Source: Armatimonadota bacterium
Lineage (GTDB): Bacteria > Sysuimicrobiota > Sysuimicrobiia > Sysuimicrobiales > Kaftiobacteriaceae
Direction: 5' to 3'
Assembly: GCA_037440005.1 (NCBI GenBank)
Contig: JBBIUY010000009.1
Coordinates: 9,200-73,199, forward strand
DNA: 64,000 nucleotides
Shown: positions 10,343 through 20,258 of the stretch, in pieces
Layout: each line of letters starts with the position of its first letter
Numbering within the stretch: the stretch's first letter is position 1
Made by a program: the position numbers and the translations under genes
The notes under the pieces: model-generated
The model's database searches: none
What the model saw: only the letters and a program-made list of their open reading frames with translations
Told to the model about the DNA's origin: nothing

Positions 10343-13300
10343 TCACTCCTGCCACACGCTGCCGGCGCCCAGCAGCTGCTCGATCTCCGCCACCAGGTCG
10401 GCGGAGGGCAGGACCTGCAGGTCCCGGGCGTTCATCACCACCTCCCGCCCGCCGGTGATCAGGTGCAGGAAGACGGGCGCGGACCCGCGCCGCCGGCCCA
10501 GGACCTCCCGCAGCCGCAGCAGGCCCTCCTCCCCGCACCGCCGGGTGTCCACCCGGACGTGCAGCGCCGCCGGCCGCGGCGCCTCGGCGCCGTCGCCGTC
10601 GGCCTCCGGCGCGGCGCCGGGGGCGAGCAGGGGCTCCACCTCCTCGGCCTCGTCCAGGGCCACCACCCGGTCGGCCAGGACCTTGGCCTGCTGCTCGGCC
10701 ACGTCCACCCGCCCCCGCACCACCACCACCGCATCCCGCTTGAGCAGCAGGTGGGCCTGCTCGTAGGTCTTGGGGAAGACGATCACCTCGCAGCTGCCGG
10801 TGAGGTCCTCCAGGGTCACGAAGGCCATGGCCGCGCCGCTGCGGGTGGTGGTCCGCTTCACGGACGTGACCAGCCCGCCCACCACCACCGCCGTCTTGTC
10901 CGGTAGCTCGCCCAGCTGGCGCAGGGAGACCGAGGTGCGGGCGGCCAGCCGGGCGTGGGCGTGGCGGAGGGGGTGGTCGGAGATGTACAGGCCGAGCATC
11001 TCCTTCTCCATGGCCAGCAGTTCGTCCCGGGAGAACTCCTCCACCGCCACGGCGGACCCCGGGTCGGCGCCCGCGGGGCCATCGGCGAGTTCGAACAGCC
11101 CCGTCTGCCCCGAGGCCCGGGCCCGCTGCACCCGCTGGGCGGCCTCCAGGGTGGCGTCCAGCGCCTGGAGCATCTGGGCCCGCCCGGCCCCCAGCGAGTC
11201 CAGGGCCCCCGCCTTGATCAGGCTCTCCAGCACCCGCTTGTTCACGGCCCGGGGGTCCACCCGCTCGACCAGGTTGGCCAGGGAGGTGAACGGGCCGCCC
11301 TCGCGGCGGGCCCGCAGGATGGCCTCCACGGCGCCGGCGCCCACGTTCTTGATGGCCGTCAGCCCGAACCGGATGGCGTCGGGGCCCACCACCGTGAAGG
11401 ACTCCCCGGAGTCGTTGACGTCGGGGGGCAGGACCCGGATACCCATGCGCAGGCACTCGGCCACCGCCGCCGCCACCTTGTCGGTGTTGCCGGCCTCGCT
11501 GGTCAGCACCGCCGCCATGTACTCGGCCGGGTAGTTGGCCTTCAGGTAGGCGGTGTAGTAGGCGATGAGCCCGTAGCAGGCGGCGTGGGCCCGGTTGAAG
11601 CCGTACCGGGCGAACGGCTCGAACTGCTCAAAGATCTGCTCGGCCACCGGGAGGGGCACGCCCCGCTCCAGACACCCGGCCAGGAACTTGGCCCGCTGCT
11701 GCTGGAGCCGATCCCGGATCTTCTTGCCGATGGCGTACCGCAGCACGTCCGCCTCGGCCGGAGAGAACCCGGCCACGGCCTGGGCCACCGCCATGACGTC
11801 CTCCTGGTACACCATCACCCCGTAGGTCTCCCGCAGGACCGGCTCCAGGGACGGGTGCAGGTAGGTGATGGGCTCCCGGCCGTGCTTGCGCCGGATGTAG
11901 GTGGGGATGTGGGCCATGGGGCCCGGGCGGAACAGCGCCACCATGGCCATGATGTCCTGGATGGTGGAGGGCCGCAGCTCCTTCAGGTACCGGGTCATGC
12001 CGGCGCCCTCCAGCTGGAATACCCCCACCGTCTCGCCGGCCGCCAGCAGCTCGTAGGTGCGGGGATCGTCCAGGGGGATCCGGGCGAGGTCGATGCGGAC
12101 GCCCCGGGTGGACTCGATGATCTTCAGGGCGGTGTCCAGGATGGTGAGGTTGGCCAGCCCCAGAAAGTCCATCTTGAGCAGGCCGATCTTCTCCACCGCC
12201 GTCATGTCGTACTGGGTCATCACCAGGTCGCCCTTGGTGGCCTTCTGCAGGGGCACGTGCTCGATGAGCGGGTCGCGGGAGATGATGACCCCGGCGGCGT
12301 GGGTGCTGGCGTGCCGGGCCACCCCCTCCAGCTTGCGGGCCAGCTCCAGCAGCCGCCGGACCTGGGGGTCGGCCTCGGCCTGCCGCTGCAACTCGGGCTC
12401 GCTGCGCAACGCCTCGTCCAGGGTGGCGTTGAAGGGGATGAGCTTGGCGATGCGGTCCACGTCCCCGTAGGGCAGCCCCATCACCCGGCCCACGTCCCGC
12501 ACCGCCTGGCGCGCCCCCATGGTGCCGAAGGTGATGATCTGGGCCACGTGGTCGGCGCCGTACTTGTCCATCACGTAGCGGATGACTTCGTCCCGCCGGC
12601 TGTCCATGAAGTCCACGTCGATGTCGGGCAGGGTGTAGCGCTGGGGGTTGAGGAAGCGCTCGAAGGGCAGCCGGTACTGCAGGGGGTCCACGTCGGTCAC
12701 GCGCAGGGCGTACAGGACGAGGCTGCCCGCCGCCGAGCCCCGCACGGTGGTGAGGATCCCCCGGCTCTTGGCGAACCGGACGAAGTCCTGGACGATGAGG
12801 AAGTAGGGCGCGTAGCCCATGCGGGCGATGACGCTCAGCTCGTAGTCCAGCCGCTGCCGGGCCTCGGGGGGGACCCGGCCGTAGATGTCCCGCAGCCCCT
12901 GCTCGCACAGCGTCCGCAGGTAGGAGTCGGGGGTGTGGCCCTCGGGGACCGGGAAGTGGGGCAGCTTCACCTCGCCCAGGTCCAGCTCCAGCGACACCCG
13001 CTCGGCGATCTCCCGGGTGCTGGCCAGGGCCTCGGGGAGGTCGGCGAACAGGCGCGCCATCTCCTCGGAGGACTTGAGGTAGAACTCGGGCGTCTGGCCC
13101 ATGCGCGGCTTGTCGGCGGCGTCCAGGTTCACGTTCATCTGGATGCACATGAGGGCGTCCTGGGCGTCGGCATCCTCCCGCATGACGTAGTGGACGTCGT
13201 TGGTGGCCACCAGGGGCAGCCCCAGGTCCCGGGCCAGCCGGCGCATGCCCGCGATGTTCTGCCGCTGCTCGGGCAGGCCGTGGTCCTGGACTTCCAGGTA

Positions 13301-13816
13301 GAAGTTGCCGGGCCCGAAGATGTCCCGGGACTGGGCGGCCAGGTCCCGGGCCTGGGCCAGGTCGTCCCGCAGGAGGGCCTGGGTGATCTCGCCCTTCAGG
13401 CAGCCCGACAGGCCCACCAGGCCGCGGCTGTGGCGAGCCAGCAGCTCCTTGTCGATGCGGGGCTTGTAGTAAAACCCGTCCAGGTGCGCCGCCGTGGTCA
13501 GGCGGATGAGGTTGCGGTACCCGTCCAGGTCGGTGGCCAGCAGGACCAGGTGGAAGGCGTTGGCGTCCAGGCGGGGGTCGCGGTCGGCCATCCGGCGGGG
13601 CGCCACGTAGGCCTCCACGCCGATGATGGGGGTGATGCCGGCCTCCCGGGCCCGCAGGTAGAACTCCACGACGCCGTACATGGCGCCGTGGTCGGTGATG
13701 GCCAGGGCCGGCAGCCCCAGTTCCGTCGCCCGGGCCATCAGGGTGCTGATGCGGCTGTGTCCGTCCAGCAGGCTGTACTCGGTGTGCAGGTGCAGGTGGA
13801 CGAAGGGGTCCGCCAT
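10343..13816 (-). CDS. dnaE: DNA polymerase III alpha subunit
   Basis: PHP motif FVHLHLHTEYSLLDG, RGSAAGS, PDIDVDF, YGFNRAH, OB fold; start placed at ATG 13816 with GGAGG RBS. Confidence 0.97.
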   Translation of the reverse strand: MADPFVHLHLHTEYSLLDGHSRISTLMARATELGLPALAITDHGAMYGVVEFYLRAREAGITPIIGVEAYVAPRRMADRDPRLDANAFHLVLLATDLDGYRNLIRLTTAAHLDGFYYKPRIDKELLARHSRGLVGLSGCLKGEITQALLRDDLAQARDLAAQSRDIFGPGNFYLEVQDHGLPEQRQNIAGMRRLARDLGLPLVATNDVHYVMREDADAQDALMCIQMNVNLDAADKPRMGQTPEFYLKSSEEMARLFADLPEALASTREIAERVSLELDLGEVKLPHFPVPEGHTPDSYLRTLCEQGLRDIYGRVPPEARQRLDYELSVIARMGYAPYFLIVQDFVRFAKSRGILTTVRGSAAGSLVLYALRVTDVDPLQYRLPFERFLNPQRYTLPDIDVDFMDSRRDEVIRYVMDKYGADHVAQIITFGTMGARQAVRDVGRVMGLPYGDVDRIAKLIPFNATLDEALRSEPELQRQAEADPQVRRLLELARKLEGVARHASTHAAGVIISRDPLIEHVPLQKATKGDLVMTQYDMTAVEKIGLLKMDFLGLANLTILDTALKIIESTRGVRIDLARIPLDDPRTYELLAAGETVGVFQLEGAGMTRYLKELRPSTIQDIMAMVALFRPGPMAHIPTYIRRKHGREPITYLHPSLEPVLRETYGVMVYQEDVMAVAQAVAGFSPAEADVLRYAIGKKIRDRLQQQRAKFLAGCLERGVPLPVAEQIFEQFEPFARYGFNRAHAACYGLIAYYTAYLKANYPAEYMAAVLTSEAGNTDKVAAAVAECLRMGIRVLPPDVNDSGESFTVVGPDAIRFGLTAIKNVGAGAVEAILRARREGGPFTSLANLVERVDPRAVNKRVLESLIKAGALDSLGAGRAQMLQALDATLEAAQRVQRARASGQTGLFELADGPAGADPGSAVAVEEFSRDELLAMEKEMLGLYISDHPLRHAHARLAARTSVSLRQLGELPDKTAVVVGGLVTSVKRTTTRSGAAMAFVTLEDLTGSCEVIVFPKTYEQAHLLLKRDAVVVVRGRVDVAEQQAKVLADRVVALDEAEEVEPLLAPGAAPEADGDGAEAPRPAALHVRVDTRRCGEEGLLRLREVLGRRRGSAPVFLHLITGGREVVMNARDLQVLPSADLVAEIEQLLGAGSVWQE

Positions 13817-13837
13817 CGCCAGCGGTGCCTCCCGGCC

Positions 13838-13867
13838 ATTGTAGCAGGCCCCCCGCCCGCCGGCCAA
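13838..13867 (-). promoter_or_regulatory. Candidate sigma70 promoter for dnaE
   Basis: TTGGCC-N18-TACAAT with an extended -10 TG on the minus strand. Confidence 0.5.
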
Positions 13868-13959
13868 GGCGCGAACGCGCGGAAGCGGGGAAGCGCGAGC
13901 CGACCTGTCCTGTGGACGCACACCCCTTCGCGCTTCCGCGTTTCCGCGCTTCCGCGCTT
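13866..13959. repeat. Inverted octamer tandem repeat (AAGCGCGG-like)x4 / (CCGCGCTT)x4 hairpin
   Basis: Read directly between the gabT stop and the dnaE promoter; ~26 nt loop. Confidence 0.85.
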
Positions 13960-13966
13960 GTGCCCC

Positions 13967-15289
13967 TCAGACCTCCCCCGCCACCTCCAGCACGCACTCC
14001 TCCAGCACGTCCAGGGCCCGGTCCAGCAGGTCGTCGGAGATCACCAGGGGCGTGAGGATGCGGATCACGTTGTTGTACAGGCCCGCCCGCAGCACCAGGA
14101 CGCCCCGCGCCGCCGCGCGGCGGATCACCTCCAGGGTCTCCTGAGGGGCCGGCTCGCGGGTGGCCCGGTCCCGCACGAGCTCCATGGCCACCATGGCGCC
14201 CAGTCCCCGCACGTCGCCCACCAGGGCCGTCCGCGCGGCCAGGCCCCGGAACCGCCGCAGCATCCTCTCGCCCAGGGCCGCCGCCCGGGCCACCAGCCCC
14301 TGCTCCTCCATGACCTCCAGCACCGCCAGCGCCGCCGCGCACGCCACCGGATTGCCCACGTAGGTCCCCCCCAGGGACCCTTCGGGCAGCGCGTCCATGA
14401 TCTCCCGGGCGCCCACCACCGCCGAGACGGGCAGCCCCGCCGCGATGGACTTGGCCACCGTCATCAGGTCGGGCTCCACCCCCCAGTGCTCGATGGCGAA
14501 CATCCGGCCGGTGCGGCCGAACCCGGTCTGGATCTCGTCCACCACGAGCAGGATGCCGTGGCGGTCCGCCAGGGCCCGCAGCTGCGGGAAGAAGTCGGGC
14601 GGGGGGACCACGAATCCGCCCTCCCCCAGCACCGGCTCTACCACGATGGCCGCCACCCGGTCGGCCTGGACGTGGGCGGTGAACAGGTCCTCCAGGCGGC
14701 GCAGGACCGTGCGGGTGGCGTCCGGGAGGCGGTAGGGGTCGGGATAGGGGACCCGGTAGACCTCGGGCATGAACGGGCCGAAGTTGCGCTTGTACGGGTC
14801 GATCTTGCTGGTCAGGGACAGGCTCATGTACGTCCGGCCGTGGAACGCTCCCTCAAACGCCACCAGGGCCGGCCGTCCCGTGACGGCGCGGGCGATCTTG
14901 ACGGCGTTCTCCACCGCCTCGGTGCCGGAGTTGAGCAGCAGCGCCTTCTTGGGCCGGGGGCCGGGGGCCAGCTCGCACAGGCGCCGGCACAGCCGGATGT
15001 AGCCCTCGTAGGGCGCCACGCTGAAGTCGGTGTGGGTGAACCGGCGCGCCTGCTCCACCACCGCCGCCACCACCGCGGGGTGCGAGTGGCCCACGTTCAG
15101 GCACCCCACCCCGCCGGACAGGTCGATGAAGGTGTGCCCGTCCAGGTCCACGAGCACCGCTCCCTCAGCCTGGCGGATCACCGCCGGGAGGTGGACGCCG
15201 ATGGGCCGGGCGACCCACCGGTCCTTCTCCTCCAGCCACGCCGCCGACTGCGGCCCCGGCAGCGCGTACCGCTCGGACGTTCTCTTCAT
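13967..15289 (-). CDS. gabT: 4-aminobutyrate aminotransferase (class III PLP)
   Basis: NSGTEAVENAVKIAR, FHGRT, EPVLGEGG, DEIQTGFGRTG, AKS, GGTYVGNP; ATG 15289 with AGGAGG RBS. Confidence 0.88.
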   Translation of the reverse strand: MKRTSERYALPGPQSAAWLEEKDRWVARPIGVHLPAVIRQAEGAVLVDLDGHTFIDLSGGVGCLNVGHSHPAVVAAVVEQARRFTHTDFSVAPYEGYIRLCRRLCELAPGPRPKKALLLNSGTEAVENAVKIARAVTGRPALVAFEGAFHGRTYMSLSLTSKIDPYKRNFGPFMPEVYRVPYPDPYRLPDATRTVLRRLEDLFTAHVQADRVAAIVVEPVLGEGGFVVPPPDFFPQLRALADRHGILLVVDEIQTGFGRTGRMFAIEHWGVEPDLMTVAKSIAAGLPVSAVVGAREIMDALPEGSLGGTYVGNPVACAAALAVLEVMEEQGLVARAAALGERMLRRFRGLAARTALVGDVRGLGAMVAMELVRDRATREPAPQETLEVIRRAAARGVLVLRAGLYNNVIRILTPLVISDDLLDRALDVLEECVLEVAGEV

Positions 15290-15304
15290 GGGGGCTCCTC
15301 CTCT

Positions 15305-15413
15305 GGGAAGGGAAAAGGGAAAAAGGAAAAGGGAAAAGGGCGTGACGGGAACGCGTGCGCAGTCTTCTCCCCTCTTCCTTTTTCCCTTTTCCATTTTCCC
15401 TTTTTCCCTTTTT
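15305..15413. repeat. Inverted heptamer tandem repeat (GGGAAAA)n / (TTTTCCC)n with no cargo gene
   Basis: Arms 15305-15340 and 15363-15413, ~22 nt loop; same unit as the arms at 56237-56791. Confidence 0.9.
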
Positions 15414-16885
15414 CATTCCCGCCTCAGCGCCACCACGGCGTGGATGCGGCTGGTCTGCGGCAGCAGGTCCACCGGCTGGACCTCCACCGGCACGAAACCG
15501 GCCTCCCGGGCCGCCGCCACGTCCCGGGCCAGCAGGGTCAGCGAGTGGCTGGCGCAGGCCAGGCGCCGGGCGCCGGCCCGGGCCGCCTCGGCGAACACCT
15601 CGGGGGGCGTGGGCTCCCCCCGGGCGGTGGCCACCGCGGCGTCGATGGTCTCGCCCCGGTCCCGCAGTTTGCGCAGGACGCCGGCGGGAGAGCGGGTGTA
15701 GAAGACGCAGTTGCCGATGCCGTTGAGGGTGGCGTTCTCCCACGCCCGGTGCATCGCCTCCCGGTCCGGGGCCACCCCCACCACCCGGGAGGCCCGGGAG
15801 GCCAGCGCCAGGGGCACCAATCCTTCCTCGCACGCCACGTCCACCACGACCCCGCCCTCTCCCACCGCCCGGGCGATGGCCTCCAGGTACAGGGGCAGCG
15901 CCCGGGGGTTGGGGGGAACGGCGGCGGAGGCGTACAGGCGCAGCCGCAGGCCGGCGACCACGTCCTCGATGTAGGGCCGCCCCCACAGCAGGCGCACCGA
16001 CCCGAGCATCTCGGGCGTGCGCGCCGGCTGCACCGACAGCTGCAGGGACACCAGGCCGGGGACGCGGTCCACCAGGGCGCGGACCACCGCCATGCGGTCC
16101 GGCAGGTCCCGGGTGGCGCACAGGATCACCATCGCCTCGCCGGTGCTGACCCCCACCTGCCCCACCACCCCCCGCACCAGCCCCGCGCCGGTGGCGCGGT
16201 CGTAGACCGGCCAGCCCAGGGCCGCCACCGCGTCCCGCACGGCGTGCATGAGCTGGACGTTGACCGCCGGCTGGATGGGGCACTCCTGCACGTTGATCAC
16301 CCGCAGCGGGCCGGTGCGGGCGTAATACCCGACCACCACCCGGTCCCCCCGCAGGCCGAAGGCCGCCTGCACCCGGTTGCGGTACTCCCACGGCGCGGCG
16401 GCCACGGCGTCGCGGACGACGGCGCCGGTGCCCTCCAGAACCGGGCGCAGCAGGTCCCGCACCAGGGCCGTCTTGTAGGCCAGCTGGGCCGGGTAGGCGG
16501 CGTGCTGCCACTGACAGCCCCCGCAGGCGCCGAAGTGGCGGCAGCGGGGCTGGACGCTGTCGGCGGACCGGCGGACCAGGGCGACGATCGTCCCTTCCGC
16601 CCGCCGGCCCGCACGGGTGATCTCCACCACCGCCTCCTCGCCCGGGAGGGCGAAGGGCACCGACACCCGCTGGGCGCCGACCACCCCCACCCCATCCCCG
16701 TCGGGGTTCACGCCGCGGAAGGCGACGGCGACCTTCTGGCCCACCCGCAGGGGCGCGGGCCGCGGGGAGGGCCGCTGCGGCGGGGGGCCCGGCCGGCGGA
16801 CCACCGCCCGACCGGGAGCGCGCCCGCGCTCCTGCGTTCTCGCGTTCTCCCGTTCCCGCGTTCCCGCGTTCCCGCGTTTTCGCAT
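15413..16885 (-). CDS. RlmD/TrmA-family RNA methyltransferase homologue with degenerate catalytic motifs
   Basis: TRAM-like N-terminus (VPFALPGEE), CRHFGACGGC, YRNR, Rossmann-like C-terminus; ATG overlaps the gatB stop (TGATG). Confidence 0.8.
   Translation of the reverse strand: MRKRGNAGTRERENARTQERGRAPGRAVVRRPGPPPQRPSPRPAPLRVGQKVAVAFRGVNPDGDGVGVVGAQRVSVPFALPGEEAVVEITRAGRRAEGTIVALVRRSADSVQPRCRHFGACGGCQWQHAAYPAQLAYKTALVRDLLRPVLEGTGAVVRDAVAAAPWEYRNRVQAAFGLRGDRVVVGYYARTGPLRVINVQECPIQPAVNVQLMHAVRDAVAALGWPVYDRATGAGLVRGVVGQVGVSTGEAMVILCATRDLPDRMAVVRALVDRVPGLVSLQLSVQPARTPEMLGSVRLLWGRPYIEDVVAGLRLRLYASAAVPPNPRALPLYLEAIARAVGEGGVVVDVACEEGLVPLALASRASRVVGVAPDREAMHRAWENATLNGIGNCVFYTRSPAGVLRKLRDRGETIDAAVATARGEPTPPEVFAEAARAGARRLACASHSLTLLARDVAAAREAGFVPVEVQPVDLLPQTSRIHAVVALRRE
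16826..16882. repeat. Single-arm octamer tandem repeat (GAACGCGG-like) x~7 at the 5' end of the RlmD-like gene
   Basis: Plus strand ...GCGTTCTC GCGTTCTC CCGTTCCC GCGTTCCC GCGTTCCC GCGTTTTC. Confidence 0.8.
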
Positions 16886-18348
16886 CACGACCCCAGCCGC
16901 TCCCGCAGCAGCCGGTTGGCCAGCTCCGGGTTGGCCCGCCCGCGCGTGCGACGCATCACCTGGCCGACCAGGAACGTCAGCGCCTGCACCTTGCCCGCGC
17001 GGTACTCGGACGCCGGGCCCGGGTGCTCGGCCAGCACCTGGTCGACCACCGCCCGCAGGGCCGCCTCGTCGCTGATCTGCACCAGCCCGCGCTCCTCCAC
17101 CAGGGCCCGGGGGCGGGCGCCCCGCAGGACCTCGGGGAGGATCTCCTTGGCGATGCGGCCGCTGATGGTCCCCTCCTCCATGAGGGCCAGCAACTCGGCC
17201 AGGTGGGCCGGCGTGACCGGCAGCTCGTCCAGCTCCACCCCCTCGGCGTGGAGGAAGGCGGCCACGTCCCCGGTCAGCCAGTTGCACACCACCTTGGGGT
17301 GCGGGTACAGCCGCACCGTCTCCTCGAAGAAATGGGCCAGGGCGGCCGAGGAGACGATCAGGTCGGCGTCGTACTCGGACAGGCCGTAGGCCGCCACGTA
17401 GCGGCGGCGCCGGGCGTCGGGCAGTTCGGGCAGGGTGGTGCGGATCTCGTCCAGCCACCGGGCGTCCACCACGATGGGGACCAGGTCCGGTTCGGGGAAG
17501 TAGCGGTAGTCCTGGGCCTCCTCCTTGGCCCGGGAGGCGAAGGTCAGGCCCCGCCGCTCGTCCCAGTGCCGGGTTTCCTGCTCCACCGCCTCCCCCCGGT
17601 CCAGCAGCGCCCGCTGGCGGTCCACCTCGTAGGCCAGCGCCCGCTCCACCGCCCGCAGGGAGTTCATGTTCTTGACCTCGGTGCGCGTGCCCAGGGCGTC
17701 TCCCGGCCGGCGCAGCGAGACGTTGGCGTCGCAGCGCAGACTGCCCTCCTCCATCCGCCCGGTGCTGACCTCCAGAGCCTGCAGGACCGCCCGCAGCCGG
17801 CTGAGGAACAGCCGGGCCTCCTGGGGCGAGCGCAGGTCGGGCTCGGTGACGATCTCCATCAGGGGCACGCCGCTGCGGTTGTAGTCCACCAGGCTGTAGG
17901 CCACCCGGCCCTCCCGCACCGCGTGCACCAGCCGCCCGGTGTCCTCCTCCAGGTGGACCCGGCGGATCCCGATGGCCCGGGGGCCGGCGGGGGTGGGGAT
18001 CTCCAGCCGGCCGTCGGTGGCCAGGGGCGGGTGCACCTTGTACCGGTACTGGGTGATCTGGTAGTTCTTGGGCAGGTCGGGATAGTAGTAGTTCTTGCGG
18101 TGGAACTGGCTGACCGGGTGCACGGTGCAGTTCAGGGCCACCGCCGTCCGCAGGCCCAGTTCCACCGCCCGGCGGTTGATCACCGGCAGGGAGCCCGGCA
18201 GGCCCAGGCACACGGGGCAGGTCAGGGTGTTGGGCGGCGCCCCGAACGCCACCGGGCAGGCGCAGAACATCTTGGTCCGGGTCAGCAGCTGGACGTGGAT
18301 CTCCAGCCCGATGACCACCTCGTAGTCCACCGCCACGCCCCGCGCCAC
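16885..18348 (-). CDS. gatB: Asp/Glu-tRNA amidotransferase subunit B
   Basis: [42 protein letters not shown]. Confidence 0.97.
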   Translation of the reverse strand: MARGVAVDYEVVIGLEIHVQLLTRTKMFCACPVAFGAPPNTLTCPVCLGLPGSLPVINRRAVELGLRTAVALNCTVHPVSQFHRKNYYYPDLPKNYQITQYRYKVHPPLATDGRLEIPTPAGPRAIGIRRVHLEEDTGRLVHAVREGRVAYSLVDYNRSGVPLMEIVTEPDLRSPQEARLFLSRLRAVLQALEVSTGRMEEGSLRCDANVSLRRPGDALGTRTEVKNMNSLRAVERALAYEVDRQRALLDRGEAVEQETRHWDERRGLTFASRAKEEAQDYRYFPEPDLVPIVVDARWLDEIRTTLPELPDARRRRYVAAYGLSEYDADLIVSSAALAHFFEETVRLYPHPKVVCNWLTGDVAAFLHAEGVELDELPVTPAHLAELLALMEEGTISGRIAKEILPEVLRGARPRALVEERGLVQISDEAALRAVVDQVLAEHPGPASEYRAGKVQALTFLVGQVMRRTRGRANPELANRLLRERLGS

Positions 18349-18364
18349 CGCCGCCCTCCGCCCG

Positions 18365-19909
18365 TCAGGGGTGTGTCGGCGACTCGGTTTTCCCGGCCGC
18401 CGGTCGGGGATCCCGGCCCCCCGGTCGAGCCCGCACCGCCTCCACGACGGGCGGGACCCGCCTGTGCCAGGGGGTGGCCTGCTCGTAGGCGTAGGCGACC
18501 TGGAGGACCGTGGCCTCCTCGAAGGCCCGCCCGATCAGCTGCAGGCCCACCGGCAGCTCGACCCCGTCGCCCTCGGGGCGGGCGAACCCGCAGGGCACCG
18601 AGATCCCGGGCAGGCCCGCCAGGTTGACGGGGATGGTGTAGACGTCGGCCAGGTACATCTGGAGGGGGTCGTCCACCTTCTCGCCCAGGCGGAACGCCAC
18701 CGTGGGGGAGACCGGCATCAGGACCAGGTCCACCGCCTCCAGCGCCCGGGCGAAGTCCCGGCGGATCAGGGTGCGGACCCGCTGGGCCTTCAGGAAGAAC
18801 CCTTCGTAGTACCCCGCGGACAGGGCGTAGGTCCCCAGCATGATCCGCCGCTTCACCTCCGCCCCGAACCCGGCCCGCCGGGTGCGGGCGTACATGGCGT
18901 CGGGGTCGGGCCCGGGGACCCGCAGTCCGTACTGCACGCCGTCGTAGCGGGCCAGGTTGGCGCTGGCCTCGGAGGTGGCCAGCAGGTAGTAGGTCGGCAG
19001 GGCGTACTCGATGGTGGGCAGGGAGACCTCCTCCACCACCGCGCCCAGGTCGTCCAGGACCTTCGCCGCCGCCAGGACGGCGTCGCGCACCCCCGGCTGC
19101 AGGCCGGCCCCGAACGCTTCCCGGGCCAGGCCGATGCGGATGCCGCGGATCTCCGGCCGCAGCGCCGCCCGGTAGTCGGGGACGTCCCGGTTCACCGACG
19201 TCGAGTCCCGGGGATCCCACCCGGCGATCACCCGCAGCAGCAGGGCGGCGTCGGCCACCGTGCGGGTCATGGGGCCGATCTGGTCCAGGGACGACGCGAA
19301 CGCCACCAGGCCGTAGCGGGACACCCGGCCGTAGGTGGGCTTCAGGCCCACCGTCCCGGTGAGCCCGGCCGGCTGGCGGATTGACCCCCCGGTGTCGGTC
19401 CCCAGGGCCAGGGGGGCCAGGCCCGCCGCCACCGCAGCCGCCGACCCCCCGCTGCTGCCCCCGGGCACCCGGTCCAGGTCCCAGGGGTTGCGCGTCGGGC
19501 CGAAGGCCGAGTTCTCGGTGGAGGACCCCATGGCGAACTCGTCCAGGTTCGTCTTGCCCACCAGGACCGCGCCGGCGGCGCGCAGCCGCTCGACCACCGT
19601 GGCGTCGTAGGGCGGCACCCACCCGGCCAGGATCCTCGAGCCCGCGGTGGTGGGCATGTCGGCGGTGCAGATGATGTCCTTGACGGCCACCGGCAGCCCG
19701 GCCAGGGGCGGCACCTCCGCGCCGCGGGCGTAGCGGTCGTCCCACGTCCGCGCCGCCCGCAGCGCGCCCTCGGCGTCCACGTGCAGGAAGGCGTGCAGGA
19801 CCCCGTCCAGCTCCTGGATCCGGTCCAGGCACGCCCGCACCAGGTCGGTGGGGGCGATCTCGCGCCGGCGCAGGCGGGCCAGCAGGTCGGTGGCGGGGGC
19901 GTCGATCAG
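18365..19909 (-). CDS. gatA: Asp/Glu-tRNA amidotransferase subunit A (probable CTG start)
   Basis: Amidase signature [21 protein letters not shown]. GatA-like sequence extends upstream of GTG 19840 to a CTG overlapping the gatC stop. Confidence 0.95.
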   Translation of the reverse strand: MIDAPATDLLARLRRREIAPTDLVRACLDRIQELDGVLHAFLHVDAEGALRAARTWDDRYARGAEVPPLAGLPVAVKDIICTADMPTTAGSRILAGWVPPYDATVVERLRAAGAVLVGKTNLDEFAMGSSTENSAFGPTRNPWDLDRVPGGSSGGSAAAVAAGLAPLALGTDTGGSIRQPAGLTGTVGLKPTYGRVSRYGLVAFASSLDQIGPMTRTVADAALLLRVIAGWDPRDSTSVNRDVPDYRAALRPEIRGIRIGLAREAFGAGLQPGVRDAVLAAAKVLDDLGAVVEEVSLPTIEYALPTYYLLATSEASANLARYDGVQYGLRVPGPDPDAMYARTRRAGFGAEVKRRIMLGTYALSAGYYEGFFLKAQRVRTLIRRDFARALEAVDLVLMPVSPTVAFRLGEKVDDPLQMYLADVYTIPVNLAGLPGISVPCGFARPEGDGVELPVGLQLIGRAFEEATVLQVAYAYEQATPWHRRVPPVVEAVRARPGGRDPRPAAGKTESPTHP

Positions 19910-20208
19910 GGCTGCAGCTCCGCGTCCAGAATGGGAGGCACCTTGAAGAACCCGTCCTCGTGCTCGGGCGCCGACCGGAGGACGGCCTCCCGGGGCAGCG
20001 GGGTGCCGGGCACGTCCTCGCGGAACACGTTGCGCATCTCCACCACGTGGGAGGTGGGCTCCACGTCCTCGGTATCCAGCTCGTCCAGCCGGGCGAAGTA
20101 CTCGAGGATGTGGCGCAGCTGCTGGGCCAGCGTCGCCCGCTCCTCCTCCGAGAGGTCCAGGCGCGCCAGGCGCGCCACGTGGTCCACCACAGCCGGGTCA
20201 ATGGGCAT
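19906..20208 (-). CDS. gatC: Asp/Glu-tRNA amidotransferase subunit C
   Basis: [23 protein letters not shown]. Confidence 0.95.
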   Translation of the reverse strand: MPIDPAVVDHVARLARLDLSEEERATLAQQLRHILEYFARLDELDTEDVEPTSHVVEMRNVFREDVPGTPLPREAVLRSAPEHEDGFFKVPPILDAELQP

Positions 20209-20258
20209 CCGACCTCACCCGCGGACCATCCTAGCACAGGCGCGGGAGACGGGGGACG

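Noticed and set aside
10343..13816. Intein in DnaE
   Set aside because: Length is normal and no intein splice motifs are evident.
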